Shown here one piece after another: positions 1-12,599 of a stretch of 64,000 bases of DNA. The DNA is from Scyliorhinus canicula (lineage: Eukaryota). A program made the translations under genes and the position numbers. Below the pieces are notes generated by a model. That model was given only the letters and a program-made list of their open reading frames with translations, was not told the DNA's origin and searched no databases. The stretch is from the NCBI RefSeq assembly GCF_902713615.1, contig NC_052162.1, forward strand, positions 130,348,653 to 130,412,652, read 5' to 3'. Every line of letters begins with the position of its first letter. Positions within the stretch are counted from its first letter, which is position 1.

Positions 1-339
1 GATGAAAGACCTTTTAAATGCCCGGACTGTGGAAAGTGCTATAAAGGTTCTGGTCAACTGATGTGCCATCAACGTGTTCATACTGGGGAGAGGCCGTTCA
101 GGTGCTCTCATTGTGGGATTGGGTTCAGGGAATCATCACATCTCACTGTACACCAGCGCACTCACACTGGGGAGAGGCCGTTCACCTGCTCAGTGTGTGG
201 GAAGCGATTCAATCATGCATGCACCCTTCGGAGACACCAGCAAGTTCACACTGGGGAGAGGCCGTTCACCTGCACTGAGTGTGGGAAAAGATTCGGTCGC
301 TCATCCACTCTGCTGAGACACCAGAGAGTTCACAAATAA
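1..339 (+). CDS. C2H2 zinc-finger protein, 3' end (last 4 fingers; 5' part outside window), type A subfamily
   Basis: Frame 1 open from base 1: [38 protein letters not shown]...HQRVHK*; TGERPF linkers; AATAAA at 673-678 in a 3'UTR context shared with paralogues. Confidence 0.9.
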   Translation, partial: DERPFKCPDCGKCYKGSGQLMCHQRVHTGERPFRCSHCGIGFRESSHLTVHQRTHTGERPFTCSVCGKRFNHACTLRRHQQVHTGERPFTCTECGKRFGRSSTLLRHQRVHK

Positions 340-456
340 CTGCAGTGATTGGATTTTGCTGTGAATCACAGCCTGGACAGAACCGTTTTCAATGGTGTCT
401 ACATTTACTCATGTCAAAGTCCAGCCCAATTATGGTGGTTAATATTCTGCATAAAT

Positions 457-652
457 CCTGCTGCCTCACGGCACCGAGGTCCCAGGTTCGATCCCGGCTC
501 TGGGTCACTGTCTGCGTGGAGTTTGCACATTCTCCCTGTGTTTACGTGGGTTTCGTCCCACAACCAAAAGATGGATAGGTGGATTGGCCAGGCTAAATTG
601 CCCCTTAATTGGAAAAAATGAATTGGGTACTCTAAATTTTTAAAGAAAAAAA
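457..652 (+). mobile_element. 5'-truncated A-tailed V-SINE (HE1-related) in the ZNF 3'UTR
   Basis: B-box GGTTCGATCCC, V-domain, A-rich tail, 16-bp TSD AATATTCTGCATAAAT (441-456 / 653-668). Confidence 0.9.
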
Positions 653-734
653 AATATTCTGCATAAATGTCAAATAAATCAGTTTTGTGTTAATACAGTG
701 TTTCAATGCTTTTTAATATCTTTTAACAAGTTGG

Positions 735-1040
735 TACCTTTTGAAATGCTCGCCCTCTCCCCTCCAGCAAGTGTGAGGAGCTCGTGGAGCTTTTTTGTCA
801 CTGCGAGAAAATCCGATCCGCTAGCTCCCTCTCTTCCACATGTGCACCCGACCAAACTATCTCTCAAGTTGCCCCAGCCCTGAAATCGCATCTTTCGCTC
901 CTCCCCCCCCCCCCCCCCCCCCCCCCCCATGTATCCTCACGCTTCCAGAGCTCACCATGTCCATGAGACCCACTTGCTCCCTCGATCCTATTCCCACTAA
1001 ACTGCTGATCACCTAACTTGGCCATGTTCACCGATATTGT
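735..1040 (+). mobile_element. L2 LINE ORF2 relic
   Basis: Encodes TCSLDPIPTKLLIT, a typical L2 pre-RT motif. Confidence 0.6.
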
Positions 1041-1074
1041 TTGTGGTTCTTTCTCCTCAGACACCGGGAACAAA

Positions 1075-1700
1075 AAAACATAGGAGCAGGAGATGTTCAC
1101 TTGGCCCCACCGAGCCTGCTCCACCAGTCAATAAGATCTTGACTGATCTGACCCCCAACTCTGCTTTCCTGGGTGCCCCATAACCCCGGTCGATCAAATT
1201 CAGCCTTGAATATTTTTAAAACACAGCCTCCACTGCTCTTTAGGGCAGAAAATTCCAAAGACTAGTGACTCTGCAAGGGAAGAAATTCCTCTTCAATGGG
1301 ACTGTATTTATTTTGAAACTGTTTCCCCCATGTTCTTGATTTCCCCCAAGAGGGGAAACACCCTCTCAGTACCCATCCTGTCAAGCACCTTCAGAATCCT
1401 GTACGTTTCAATGAGATCGCGGGCTGGAATCTTCGGTCCCGCAGCTGCATATTTCTCGGAGACACGTCGTTTTTGACCAGAGGGATTCTATCTTCCCGCT
1501 GGTTATCAATGGGATTTCCCATTGAAGCCATCGGGAAATCCGTGGACATGGGAGCGCTGCCGGCGGGAACAGGGAATCCCAACAGCCGGAGAATTCTCCA
1601 ATCAGGCAAGCCCGATCTGCTCAACCATTCCTCGCAAGACAACCCCTATTATCCCAGCAATCAGTCCATTGAACCTTGTCTGAACTGTTTCTAATGCGAA
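1075..1700 (-). mobile_element. CR1 (HER1-like) LINE 3' relic, interrupted by a short GC-rich MITE (~1420-1598)
   Basis: Similar to the CR1 3' ends at 15850-16180 and 57030-57480. Confidence 0.65.
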
Positions 1701-2403
1701 TAGGAGCATAGAAATGGGAGTAGACCATTCAGCCCACAGTCTGTTCCATCATTCAATTTAACCCATAGAATCCATACAGTGAGGAGGCCATTCGGCCCAT
1801 CGGGCCTGCACTGACCGTCTGAAAGATCACCCTACCCAGACGCATTCCCTTGCCCTATTCCCAGAACTCCATCCAATCTGCACATCTTTGGACAGTGGGA
1901 GGAAACCACATCAACAGGGGGAGAATGTGCAAACTCCGCACAGTCACCCAAGGCCAGAATTGAACCTAGGTCCCTGGCGCTGTGAGGCAGCAGTGCTAAC
2001 CACTGTGCTGCCCCTTACTCTGCCTGTAACGGACCCACATTTGTCTGAGCCAAACATTTCCTTATCACATACCTAGAGAAACTTTTACACTCATTTTTAA
2101 AAATATTTTTACATTCATATTTTGATCAATTTGGTGCCTTGATCGATGTAAATGCACCCCTAATTACTTACACAACCGTCTCACACTGTCTTAGTCAGAA
2201 ATGCATGACATATTTACGATGTTTCAGGGTGGCACTGCTGCCTTACATTGCCGAGGATCCGGGTTCGATCAGAGCCCCGGGTCATCGTCCGTGTGGAGTT
2301 TGCAACTTCTCCCAGTGTCTGCATGGGTCTCACCCCCACAACCCAAAAATGTGTAGGGTAGGTGGGTTGGCCACCCTGAATTACCACTTAATTTGCAATG
2401 TTT

Positions 2404-2712
2404 CATAGAATAATAGAATTTACAGTGCAGAAGAAGGCCATTCGGCCCATCGAGTCAGCACCGGCTCTTGAAAAGAGGACCCTACTTCAGCCCACACCTC
2501 CACCCTATCCTGTAACCCAGCAACCCAACCTAACCTAAGGGCAATATAACATGGCCAACCCACCTAGCCTGCACATCTTTGAAATGTGGGAGGAAACCGG
2601 AGCACCCGGAGGAAACCCACGCTGGCACGGGAAGAACGTGCAGACTCCGCACAGTGACATAAGCCGGGAATTGAACCTGGGACTTTGGAGCTGTGAATCA
2701 ACTGTGCTACCC
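2404..2712 (-). mobile_element. HE1 V-SINE with CR1-derived tail (degenerate SINE copies also at ~1765-2012 and ~2232-2395)
   Basis: V-domain plus tail GACTCGATGGGCCGAATGGCC..CTGCACTGTAAATTCTA. Confidence 0.85.
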
Positions 2713-2963
2713 TCATATATCCCTTTATTTGATATTATACAATCAAATATTCAGATAATTTTAAATGTTGAGGCTTATCAGAGTTTGAAGGTCTCTCTTG
2801 CCGGTACGTTTATCTTCATTCTTTACCAACACAACAATTAGATTTTACATTTTCATAGCAAATACAACTTGGTCTTTTGCAATAACTACCGATTCATGAA
2901 TTGTAACTCAATTAAGGCTCACGACATATCCAATCATTTATTACTGACTGCTGGCTAATTATT

Positions 2964-3243
2964 ACGGTAGCACAGTGGTTAGCACTGTTGCTTCACAATG
3001 CCAGGGTCCCAAGTTCGATTCGTGGCTTGGATCACTGTGTGGCATTCGCACTTTCTCCCCGTGTCTGCGTGGGTTTCCTCCCACAAGTCCCTAAAACCTG
3101 CTTGTTAGGTGAACTGGACATTCTGAATTCTCTCTGTGTATCCAAACAGGCGCTGGAGTGTGTGCCGGCTAGGGGATTTTCACAGTAACTTCATTGCAGT
3201 GTTAATGTAAGTCTACTTGTGACAATAATAAAGATTATTATTA
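2964..3243 (+). mobile_element. V-SINE with Rex1-like hairpin tail
   Basis: tRNA-like head, V-domain, tail TTTTCACAGTAACTTCATTGCAGTGTTAATGTAAGTCTACTTGTGACAATAATAAAG(ATT)n. Confidence 0.8.
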
Positions 3244-3670
3244 CTAAAAAATCATCTGCAGCATTACTGTTTTATAATACAAGATCAATATATAGTCAAT
3301 AAAAATGCATTACAGAATGTGGAAAAGCTGCAAGAAGCCACATGTTTGAATTTAAAATGACTCCCTTGACCTTGCTATTTATAACAGTGAATACGGTCTG
3401 ATTGTGATTGATTTCAAAAATTAATTTGATTACCCATGTCTGTAGTTTCCAGCATTACAACTGTAATAACACTTTCAAAGTATTTTGTTGGCAGTAAAAC
3501 ACTTGAAGAGGTCCTGTGGTCCTGAGAGGTAACATATAATGCCCTTTTTTCTAGTTGTTCACAAATTTGGATATAGACCTGATCAAAATCATTGGTAAAG
3601 ATTAAATTTTAATTTTGTATTATAACCAGATCTTTGACAGCATTTTAAATATGTGAAAACCCAAACACAT

Positions 3671-4135
3671 GCGCCGGGATTCTCCGAGCCTGCGGCAGGT
3701 CGGAGAATCGCCAGGGGCGCACGAGATTCCCGCCACACCGCTGGGCATCCGATTCTCCGGTGACCGGACAATCGGCGCCAATCGCGCCCGCGCGGTCAGG
3801 GGCCGCTGAAATAGGCTCCCACGGCAATTCTCTGCGGGCGACGGGCTGAACTCCCGCCGGCGTGTTTCAAACCTGGTACCACCCGGCGGGAGCTCAGACC
3901 CGCAGCCGTGATCTGAAGGGAGTCAACCACCTTCCGTGCGGGCCCACTTTAGGTCCCCGACATGTTGCTCCGCGCCGGCGCGGAGGCAGCCGTTGCATGC
4001 ATGTGCGGATCCATGCAGTGCTGCCTTTCGGCGGCAGTGCAGCGCGCAGCACTCCAGCGGCATGCTAGCCCCCTAAAAAACGGACAATTGCTGGGCCAGG
4101 AGGCCCATTGTCGCCAGCATACACCACTCCAGTGA
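3671..4135. mobile_element. GC-rich non-autonomous DNA transposon fragment (PIF/Harbinger-like MITE)
   Basis: Begins GCGCCGGGATTCTCCGAGCC..GGTCGGAGAATC, same terminal motif family as the MITEs at 37464 and 38237. Confidence 0.55.
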
Positions 4136-4719
4136 TATCCAGATTTATTTGTTTTAAAACACTGTGCGTTTATGTGTTTTGGAATTCACTGCTTGAAAAT
4201 GGTGTGAGAAACAGATTTGATTCTATCCTTCAAGAGAGAACTGGGCATTTGAAAGGGAAAGAAAACTGCAGGTCAACTGGATTAATGGGGATGTTTTTTG
4301 AAGAGTCAGCATGGGAATAATAGGCCCAATGGCCTCCTTCTGTGCTGTATGGACCGCCTGGGCATTTAAAAGGAGTGGTAATAGCCAGCAATCCACATCC
4401 TCCGAGTTTGGTAAAAGCAGAGATGATGGAATTATTTCAAAAAGAGATTGGCTGGATACTTGTGGGAAATAAACTAGTAATGTCGGCATGGATCGGGGCA
4501 ATGGAACTAACTGGATTGCTTAACAGAGCTAGCAAGCAATCAATGGGTCAAATGGCCCCATTCCCTATCATAATGATTCTATTATCCAAAGGGAACAATT
4601 ACAGCCGCTCCAGTCTCTCCAATTAAGTCCCTTCTCCCTGGTGCCATTCTCATAAATCTCCTTCGCACCCTCTCTGAGAATTTCACATCTTTCTTAAAGT
4701 GCGGGGCCCATATATAGGG

Positions 4720-5160
4720 TTCCATTGCAGAGGGATAGAATTGAAAAGCACGGAGGAAATGTTCAACTTGTTTAAAACCAGGGTTAGACTACACCGGGAG
4801 CACTGACAACATTGGTGATCTCCATTTAGAAAAAGGAAATAGAGGCACCGGAGAAAGTGCAACAAAGATTCACCAGAATAATACCAGAACTGAGAGCATT
4901 TCACCCTCAGGAAAGGCTGGGGCTGCTTTTCTCTGGAAAAGAGAAAACTGATGGGTGACCTGATGGAAGTCTTTAAGATTATGAATAATTCAATAATCCA
5001 ACAGGAATTTCAGTAGAAACCTCTTTACCCAGCGAGTGGTGAGAATGTGGAGCTCACTACCACAGCGAGTGGTTGAGGTGAACAGCATGAATTCATTGAA
5101 GGGGAAGCTAGATACATACACGAGGGAGAAAGGAATAGAAGATGTTGATGGTGGGAACAT
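4720..5160 (+). mobile_element. CR1 LINE ORF2 C-terminal relic
   Basis: RVVRMWSSLPQRVVE..KLD motif typical of the CR1 C-terminus. Confidence 0.65.
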
Positions 5161-5167
5161 AGGAATT

Positions 5168-5488
5168 CATAGAACATACAGTGCAGAAGGAGACCATTCG
5201 GCCCATCAAGTCTGCACCGACCCACCTAAGCCCCCACCTCCACCCCATCCCTGTAACCTAATAACCCCTCCTAACCTTTTTGGACACTAAGAGCAATTTA
5301 TCATGGCCAATCCACCTACTCTGCACGTCTTTGGACTGTGGGAGGAAACCGGAGCACCCGGAGGAAACCCACGCAGACACGGGGAGAACGTGCAGACTCC
5401 GCACAGACAGCGACCCAGCGGGGAATCAAACCTGGGACCCTGTCGCTGTAAAGCCACAGTGCTAACCACTTGTGCTACCGTACTGCCC
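5168..5488 (-). mobile_element. HE1 V-SINE, near full length
   Basis: Head GGGCAGTACGGTAGCACAAGTGG, V-domain, CR1 tail. Confidence 0.9.
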
Positions 5489-6224
5489 AATGAGGAGCAG
5501 AAGTCGCCAATTCAGCCCTTGGAGCCTGCTCTGCCATTCAATCAGATCACGGCTGATCTTGTCCTGGTCTCAAATCCACCTCCCCACCTGTTCTCCATAT
5601 CTGTTTACCTTGTTTTTTAAAATTGGTAATATATCTCCTTGCAACCATTTAACGATTCAAACTGCACTGCACTATGGGACAGCAAGTTCTACAAATTCCC
5701 CACCCTCTGTGAGAAATAGTTCCTCCTCTCAGAAAAATGCTTTTCACTGTACTTCAGTACATGTGACAATAAATCAAATCTACCGCCTCTCAACCTATGT
5801 CTGTGAGATGAAAAGGAGTGGGGGGGAGGCTCATGTGGAGCATAAATACTGACACAGACCAATTGAGCCAACTGGCCTGGCCCTGTGCTGTGGACTCAAT
5901 GCAATAGAGACAAATGTATTTAATTTAGATCCACCTGTAGTGGTAGGAAAAACACTTATTTAAAATAAATGTCCTTCATCAGCTTTTGTGGATCATTCCA
6001 ATGGAAATGTGCTTTCCCGGGCTCAATGAACATCAGCCCATTGGAAGCAAAGTTGTGAGGCCGGCCAGTCCAGCAGAAAAAAATCCTCTGACCCTCCCAC
6101 TTCACGAAGTGTCAGAATGAACATGGTTCAGTCCTGGATTTGATAACAGCAGGAATAACAGCAGAATCCAATTCCTTGAGAACGTGTTGGTGTCTCAGCA
6201 GCCTGGATAAATGAGTGAATCCCT

Positions 6225-7097
6225 TCATACACTCAGAATAGGTGATGCCCTCTCTCCGCTGTGAATTGACCGGTGTGTCAGCAATTTGTATGAATTACTG
6301 AACCCCTTGCCACACTCGGAGCAGGTGAACGGCCTCTCCCCAGAATGGACTTGCTGGTGTCTTCGCAAGGTGGATGAATGTCCAAATCTCTTCCCACAGT
6401 CACAGCAAATGAACGGCCTTTCCCCAGTGTGAACGCGCTGGTGCGTCAGCAGGTTGGACGAATCACTGAATCCCTTCCCACAGTTAGAGCAGGTGAATGG
6501 CCTCTCCCCTGTGTGAACTCGCTGGTGTCTCAACAGATCAGATAACTGAGTGAATCCCTTCCCACACTCAGAACAGGTGAACGGCCTCTCCCCGGTGTGA
6601 ACTCGCTGGTGTGTCTGCAGGGCGGATGAATGAATGAATCCCTTCCCACACTCAGAGCAGGTAAAAGGCCTCTCACCAGTTTGAACTCGCTGGTGCCTCA
6701 GCAGACTGGATAACTGAGTGAATCCCTTCCCGCACTCGGAGCAGACGAATGGCCTCTCCCCGGTGTGAACTCGCCGGTGCGTCTGCAGGTTGGACAACTG
6801 CGAGAATCCCTTCCCGCACTCAGAGCAGGTGAATGGCCTCTCCTTGGTGTGAACTTGCTGGTGTCTCAGCAGGGCCGACGAACAAATGAACCGCTTCCCA
6901 CAGTCTGAACAGGTGAACGGTTTCTCTCCGGTGTGGCCTTGCCGGTGTGACTGCAGGTTGGACAGGTGTGTGAACGCTTTCCCGCACTCCGAGCAGGTGA
7001 ACGGCCTCTCGCCGGTGTGACTACGGTGATGTGTTCGGAGTGCAGACGGGGACTGGAATCCCTTCCCACAGTACCCGCATTTCCATGGCTCCTTCAT
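6225..7097 (-). CDS. C2H2 zinc-finger protein, 290 aa, 10 fingers (finger 5 has H->Q), type B
   Basis: ATG at 7097 (MKEPWKC); in-frame TGA 39 nt upstream; coding-exon acceptor TTTTACAG|G with exon starting 7455; frameshifted 11th finger overlapping and following the stop. Confidence 0.9.
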   Translation of the reverse strand: MKEPWKCGYCGKGFQSPSALRTHHRSHTGERPFTCSECGKAFTHLSNLQSHRQGHTGEKPFTCSDCGKRFICSSALLRHQQVHTKERPFTCSECGKGFSQLSNLQTHRRVHTGERPFVCSECGKGFTQLSSLLRHQRVQTGERPFTCSECGKGFIHSSALQTHQRVHTGERPFTCSECGKGFTQLSDLLRHQRVHTGERPFTCSNCGKGFSDSSNLLTHQRVHTGERPFICCDCGKRFGHSSTLRRHQQVHSGERPFTCSECGKGFSNSYKLLTHRSIHSGERASPILSV

Positions 7098-9089
7098 AGT
7101 GCGGGTGACCTTGTGCCTCTCCAGTTTCAATGATCAATTGAAGACTCCTCCAGGCACAGAACAGGCAGACAGTTTCCACAGACTGTGAATGGTCTCATAT
7201 GTTTGCTGTAATTGATTACAGCTTTCTCCACAGTCAGTGCACTGAAACTCGCTCACGTGAGTTTGTGCGTGTGTCTCTCGGTGCTTTTCCAGTCACACTG
7301 AAGTTGAAAACCTTGTGAAGCAGCTGGAACAGACAAACGTTTCTCCTCATTGCTTCATGACCTCTATTCACATCGTGAGGAATCGAGTGACTCTTGTCGA
7401 CCCAGATGTGACGATTGTTTTGTGATTTGTCTGCAAATCCTCCCCTTCTAATATCCTGTAAAATGAGTTTGCGAAAATCATCAGTCAGTACAGGTTAAAA
7501 ATTCAGAACAGACAATTCTAGTTATTTTGTGGAACCTGTTTGTATTGTGTGAAATATTTTAAGACCAATTATCCCGTCTATTCAAACACTGTTTGTCTCT
7601 CAATACAATGATTCATTTATGTTCATTTTACTTTGATTGTTACAGTAAGTTTTAAAAAGGTGAAACATTGGCCTTCGGTTTATTGGAGTTGCCTGGGAAT
7701 TTGTTCGTTTTCAGCTTATTGGTCTCCACGGGATTTGTAACAACATCCCTAGTGCTGCACATATCCGATCCATAATGAAGCTCATTAAGTATTTCTTGTC
7801 TTGACATAGTACTGAGGATTGTACTCCAGAATTGCTGCATCTTTTTCCCAACCTGACCATGTTAAAATTGCCCCTTAGTGTCCAACGGTTAGATGCGGCT
7901 GCGGGGACAGGTTGGGGCCTAGGTTCAGGTGCCCTTCCAGAGGGTCAGTGCAGACTCGATGAGCCGAATGGCCTCCTTCTGCACTGTAGGGATTCTATGA
8001 TCTATGTTGAGATTTGGGCCACTTGCTTTATTGCTCATCCGTAATTGTCCTTGAGAAGACATAGTCAGCTGACGTCTTGAACCGCTGCAGTCCATATCAT
8101 AGAATTTACATACAGGCCATTCGTCCCATCAAGTCAGCACCCAACATAAGCCCACGCCTCCACCCTATCCCCATAAACCCAGTGACCCAACCTAACCTTT
8201 TTGGACACTAAGGGCAATTTATCATGTCCAATCCACCTAACCTGCACATCTTTGGACGGTGGGAGAAAACCCATGCAGATATGGGGAGAACGTACAAACT
8301 CCGCACAGTCACCCAAGGCCAGAATTGAACCCGGGTCCCTGGTGCTGTGAGGCAGCAGTTCTCACCACTGTGCCACCCATATGATGTTGGTACACCCACA
8401 GTGCTTTTGGGGAAGGATTTGCAGCTTTCTCAACAGTGCTGAAGCTCAGTTTGGGCTCCTCCACAGCTACTCAGCCCCTAAACCCATTACAGACTGTGAG
8501 TCCGAACATGGAAGAAAGAGCTCAACCCAAGGCGGCCCAGCTGCAGCATTCTAATGTGAAACTACTCAACTAATGTGAATGAAGTTTGGGTGGCACAGTG
8601 GTTAGCACTGCTGCCTCACCGATCCAGGTTCAATCCCGGCCTTCATAAGGATTCTATGAACCCTATCTAAATTGAAGTCAATGGGATTGAGGGAGAAAAC
8701 TCTTAACTGGTTCCATCACACCTCCCAAAGGTAAGATGATTGTGGTTGTTGGAGGTCAGTCATCTCAGTTCCAGGATATCGTTGCAGTAGTTCCCCAGGG
8801 TACTGTGCTGGGCCCCCAATCATTTCCAATATTATTCCATGAACACGGTGTGGGTCGTGGGGGGGGGGAAAGAGATGTTCACTGATGATTGTACAAAGTT
8901 CAGCACTATTCATGACTCCTCACTGAGGCAGTCCATGTCCATTTGCAAGACATGGACAATATTCAGGTTTGGGATGATAAGTGATCATAGAATCTCTACA
9001 GTGCACAATGAGGCCATTTGGCCCATCGACCATCTGAAAGAGCACTCTGCCAAGGTCCACTCCCCTGCCCAAACCCCATGCATTGATCA

Positions 9090-9895
9090 AAGCCAATCCA
9101 CCTAACCTGCATATCCGGGCAGCACAGTAGCTTCACAGCTTCAGGGTCCCAGGTTCGATTCCCTCCTTGGGTCACTGTCTGTGCGGAGTCTGCATGCTCT
9201 CCCTGTGCCTGCATGGTCTTCCTCTGGGTGCTCCGGTTTCCTCCCTCAGTCCAAAGATGTGCAGGTTAGGTGGATTGGCCATGATAAATTGCCTTTAGTG
9301 TCCACAATCGTTGGGCTGAGTTACAGGGATAGGGTGGAGGTGTGGTCATAGAATTTACAGTGCAGAAGGAGGCCATTCGGCCCATCGAGTCTGCACTGGC
9401 TATTGGAAAGAGCACCCTACCCAAGGTCAACACCTCCACCCTATCCCCTTAACCCAGTAACTCCACCCAACACTAAGGGCAATTTTGGACACTAAGGGCA
9501 ATTTAGCATGGCCAATCCACCTAACCTGCACATCTTTGGACTGTGGGAGGAAACCGGAGCACCCGGAGGACACCCATGCACACACGGGGAGGATGTGCAG
9601 ACTCCGCACAGACAGTGACCCAAGCCGGAATCGAACCTGGGACCCTGGAGTTGTGAAGCAATTGTGCTAACCACCATGCTACCAATTGAGTATGGTGCTC
9701 TTTCCAAGGGCTGGTGCAGACTCGATGGGCCGAATGACCTCCTTCTGCACTGTAAATTCTATGATCTTTCAACTATGGGAAGAAACTGGAGCACCCAGAG
9801 GAAACCCACGCAGACATGGGGAGACTGTGCAAATTCCACACAGTCACTCACCCAATGTCGGGTCTCTGGGTCAACAGTGCTGACCACCGTGCCAT
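9090..9895. mobile_element. Nest of 3-4 HE1 V-SINE copies in both orientations
   Basis: Plus-strand copy from ~9117 interrupted by a minus-strand copy (~9347-9683); the plus-strand tail resumes ~9693. Confidence 0.8.
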
Positions 9896-10129
9896 CCTCC
9901 AATGTAATATTTGCACCATACAAGTGCCAAACAAGCATCTCCAACAAAAGAAAATCTAATCATTGCCCCTTGACTGAATCGCCCAATCAACAACCTGGGG
10001 TGGGGTTACCATTGACCAGAAACTGAATCGGACCAGGCATGTAAATACTGTGGCTACAGTAATGGGAACCCTGCGGACAGTCACTCACCTCCTGACTCCT
10101 CCCACCAAAGCCTGTCCACCATCTCAGAC

Positions 10130-10570
10130 CCAATGGCTGCGCGTGCGCACTGCAGCACATGGGCCTGGGTGAAGACAGCGAGAGCGCATGCGCGCAGCCG
10201 CATTTTGCCCGCAACAAAGATGGCGGGAGATAATCCGGGCCTTCAACCGGAGAAGAAGCGAAACTGCGGCACACCTATTGCAAATGGGATGCCCATGGCT
10301 TCTTGTTCGCAGTACCGGGCGTATACCGATTTTTAGTGTGTGTGTGTCCCAGAACAACTGTCGTTGCCCGCTCACGTGCGGTCCTTGAATCTGAAGCGCT
10401 GCGCATCTGCAGCCAACCTCACGCCACCGACTCCGCGCGAGTGATTGACGGCAGCTTTGGACCAATGGGGAAAGGGGGCGGGGCTAGAGGACCGAGCGGG
10501 AGCCGCTGGTCCTCCAACCAATCGGAGTGAATGAGGGGCGGGGCTGACCCCGGATCACCCTCATTGGCTG
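10130..10570. promoter_or_regulatory. CpG-island promoter, probably of the minus-strand ZNF at 6225-7455
   Basis: NRF1 motif GCGCATGCGC 10184-10193, YY1 core AAGATGGCG 10217-10225, CCAAT boxes and GGGGCGGGG boxes 10461-10570. Confidence 0.75.
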
Positions 10571-11129
10571 AAACTCTGCATCATTTTGAAGCTGAGTTGT
10601 CTCAAAATCCAGGAGAAAACTGGACCTTTCTGTTTGAGGCTTTAAACAGATGAAACCCTGTGGGTGTGGAGCAGACATTTCAACATTTGTTACTGAAATG
10701 TGGTAACATGAGGGCAAAACCACCAAAACCCCAGCACCTTGCATACCAGACAACTGCTGCCTGAAGGACAAGGGCAGCAAACCCTCCGAAAGAGCACTCA
10801 ACATCGGCCCAATCCACCGACGTACCCCGCAGTCCCGCTCATTGATCATGGCCAATCCACCTAACCCGCACATCTTTGGACTCTCACCCGGAGGAAACCC
10901 ACGCAGACACGAGGGGAACGAGCAAACGCCACACAATCACCCAAAGCCTGGAATTAAATATGGGTTCCTGGGGCATTGAGGCAGCAGTGCTAACCAATTG
11001 CTGGAAATCTGATTTTTAAAAATTATTTCATGGGATGTGGGTGTCACTGAAAAACCCAGCATTAGTTGCCCATCCCTAATTTCCCTTGAAGTGAGTGGCT
11101 CGCTAGTCTATTGCAGAGGGCAGTTAAGA

Positions 11130-11900
11130 GTCACCCCCTCTGGAAGTTCAGTTCAGATTCCAACCACACCCTGGGTGAAAAAATCTTTTTTTCACATCAC
11201 TTCCACTCATTTTGCCGATTATTTTAAATCTGTGCCCCTCTAGTTCTTGATTTATTCTCGAAAGAGAGAATGGTTTCTGATACGAAAGGGAAAATGCTGC
11301 AAAATCTCAGCAAGTCTGGCAGCATCTGTAGGGAGAGAAAAGAGCTAACGTTTCGAGTCCGATGACTCTTTGTCAAAGCTCTGACTATGTAAAGCTCTGA
11401 CAAAGTTTCTGACTATTTACTCTGTCCATACCCCTCAGGATCTTGAATCCCTGCATCAGATCTCCTCTCAGCCTTCTTTTCTCCAAGGAAAACAGACCCA
11501 ATCTCTCCAATCTATCCTCATAGCTACAGTTCTTTCTCCCTGGAATCATCCTTGTGAATTTCCTCTGTACTCTCCAATACCTTCACATCCTTCCTTGAGT
11601 ACGGTGCCCAGAACAGAATGCAGTGCTCCAGGTGAGGCCTAACTTGTGCCTTATACAAGTTCAACATGACCACCTTACCCGATGACCTTATTAATAAAAC
11701 CTAGGATACCATATGCTTTATTTACTGCTCTCCCAACATGGCCTGGGACCTTCAATGACTCAAGTGCACATACACCAAGGTTGCTCTGTTCCTGCACCTC
11801 CTTTAGATTTTCTCTCTTTAAGTTATAGCCTCTCCACATTCTTCCTGCCAAAATGAATCACCCCACACTTCTCTTCATTGAATGTCATCTGCCATTTGTT
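11130..11900 (-). mobile_element. CR1 LINE relic, containing a Penelope-derived insert
   Basis: Minus strand encodes RPHLEHCILFWAPYSRKD, a CR1 ORF2 motif. Confidence 0.7.
11343..11380 (-). ncRNA. Minimal type-I hammerhead ribozyme motif (U3:A8 variant) in a Penelope-like terminal repeat
   Basis: AGCU-UUGACAA-A-GAGUC(AUCG)GACUC-GAA-AC GU-U-AGCU; stem I, stem II and palindromic stem III all present. Confidence 0.6.
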
Positions 11901-12599
11901 GACCAAATATATAAGCACTTAATGAAATGAAGTTTTCAATAAAATTAGTGAAAGTCAAAAGCGAGGACCACAACCATCTTCTTTTTCAATAGAATCCCTA
12001 CGGTGCAGAAGGAGGCTATTCAGCCCATCGAGTCTGTCCGCTATCTAGGCCCACTGCCCTGCCCGATCCCCACAGCCCCATCCAGCCTGCGCGTCTTTGG
12101 ACTGTGGGAGGAAACTGGAGCACCCGGAGGAAACCCACACCGACACGGGGAGAACGTGTAAACTCCACATAGACAGTCAACGAAAACCCGGAATCAAATC
12201 CATGTCCCTGGCGCTGTGCGGAAGCAGTGCTAACCACTGTGCCGCTCGTTTTGTTAATGTAATTTCTACAAATTGTTCAATTTACTTTGATGACTGCAGC
12301 AGATCCCATATTTTACGCAGTAAGGATAAAGTGTTTGACACTGAATATTAGAAAGCGTCTTTATTTGATGGTAGGCTACAATGACTATCAGTGGGTTTGA
12401 TATAAACCCCGTCAAAACCTGTATTTTCAAACCACTGTTCCAAAGAGAGAAAAAACACAGGCAGACAGTCGGCAGCAACTTCAACTTATCTACAGACAGT
12501 GAGAACAGAATGTCAGTCAGTGAGACCACACTTGAGGCAGATCCTGTCGACAATACGTTTATTTTAGATATAGAACTTATAAACCTCCCAAGCACCTAC

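Noticed and set aside
904-928. Long poly-C/G tracts (also ~28505, 32662, 33561, 44037, 50044)
   Set aside because: Mostly within TE relics; lengths unreliable; no shared context
3671-4135. CpG islands at 3.7, 34.1, 37.5-38.8 and 43.8 kb as promoters
   Set aside because: GC-rich MITE interiors lacking the CCAAT/GC/YY1 module of the ZNF promoters
7098-7130. ORF-track start MKLERHK
   Set aside because: TTG start within a fossil finger; the homologous ATG is at 7097
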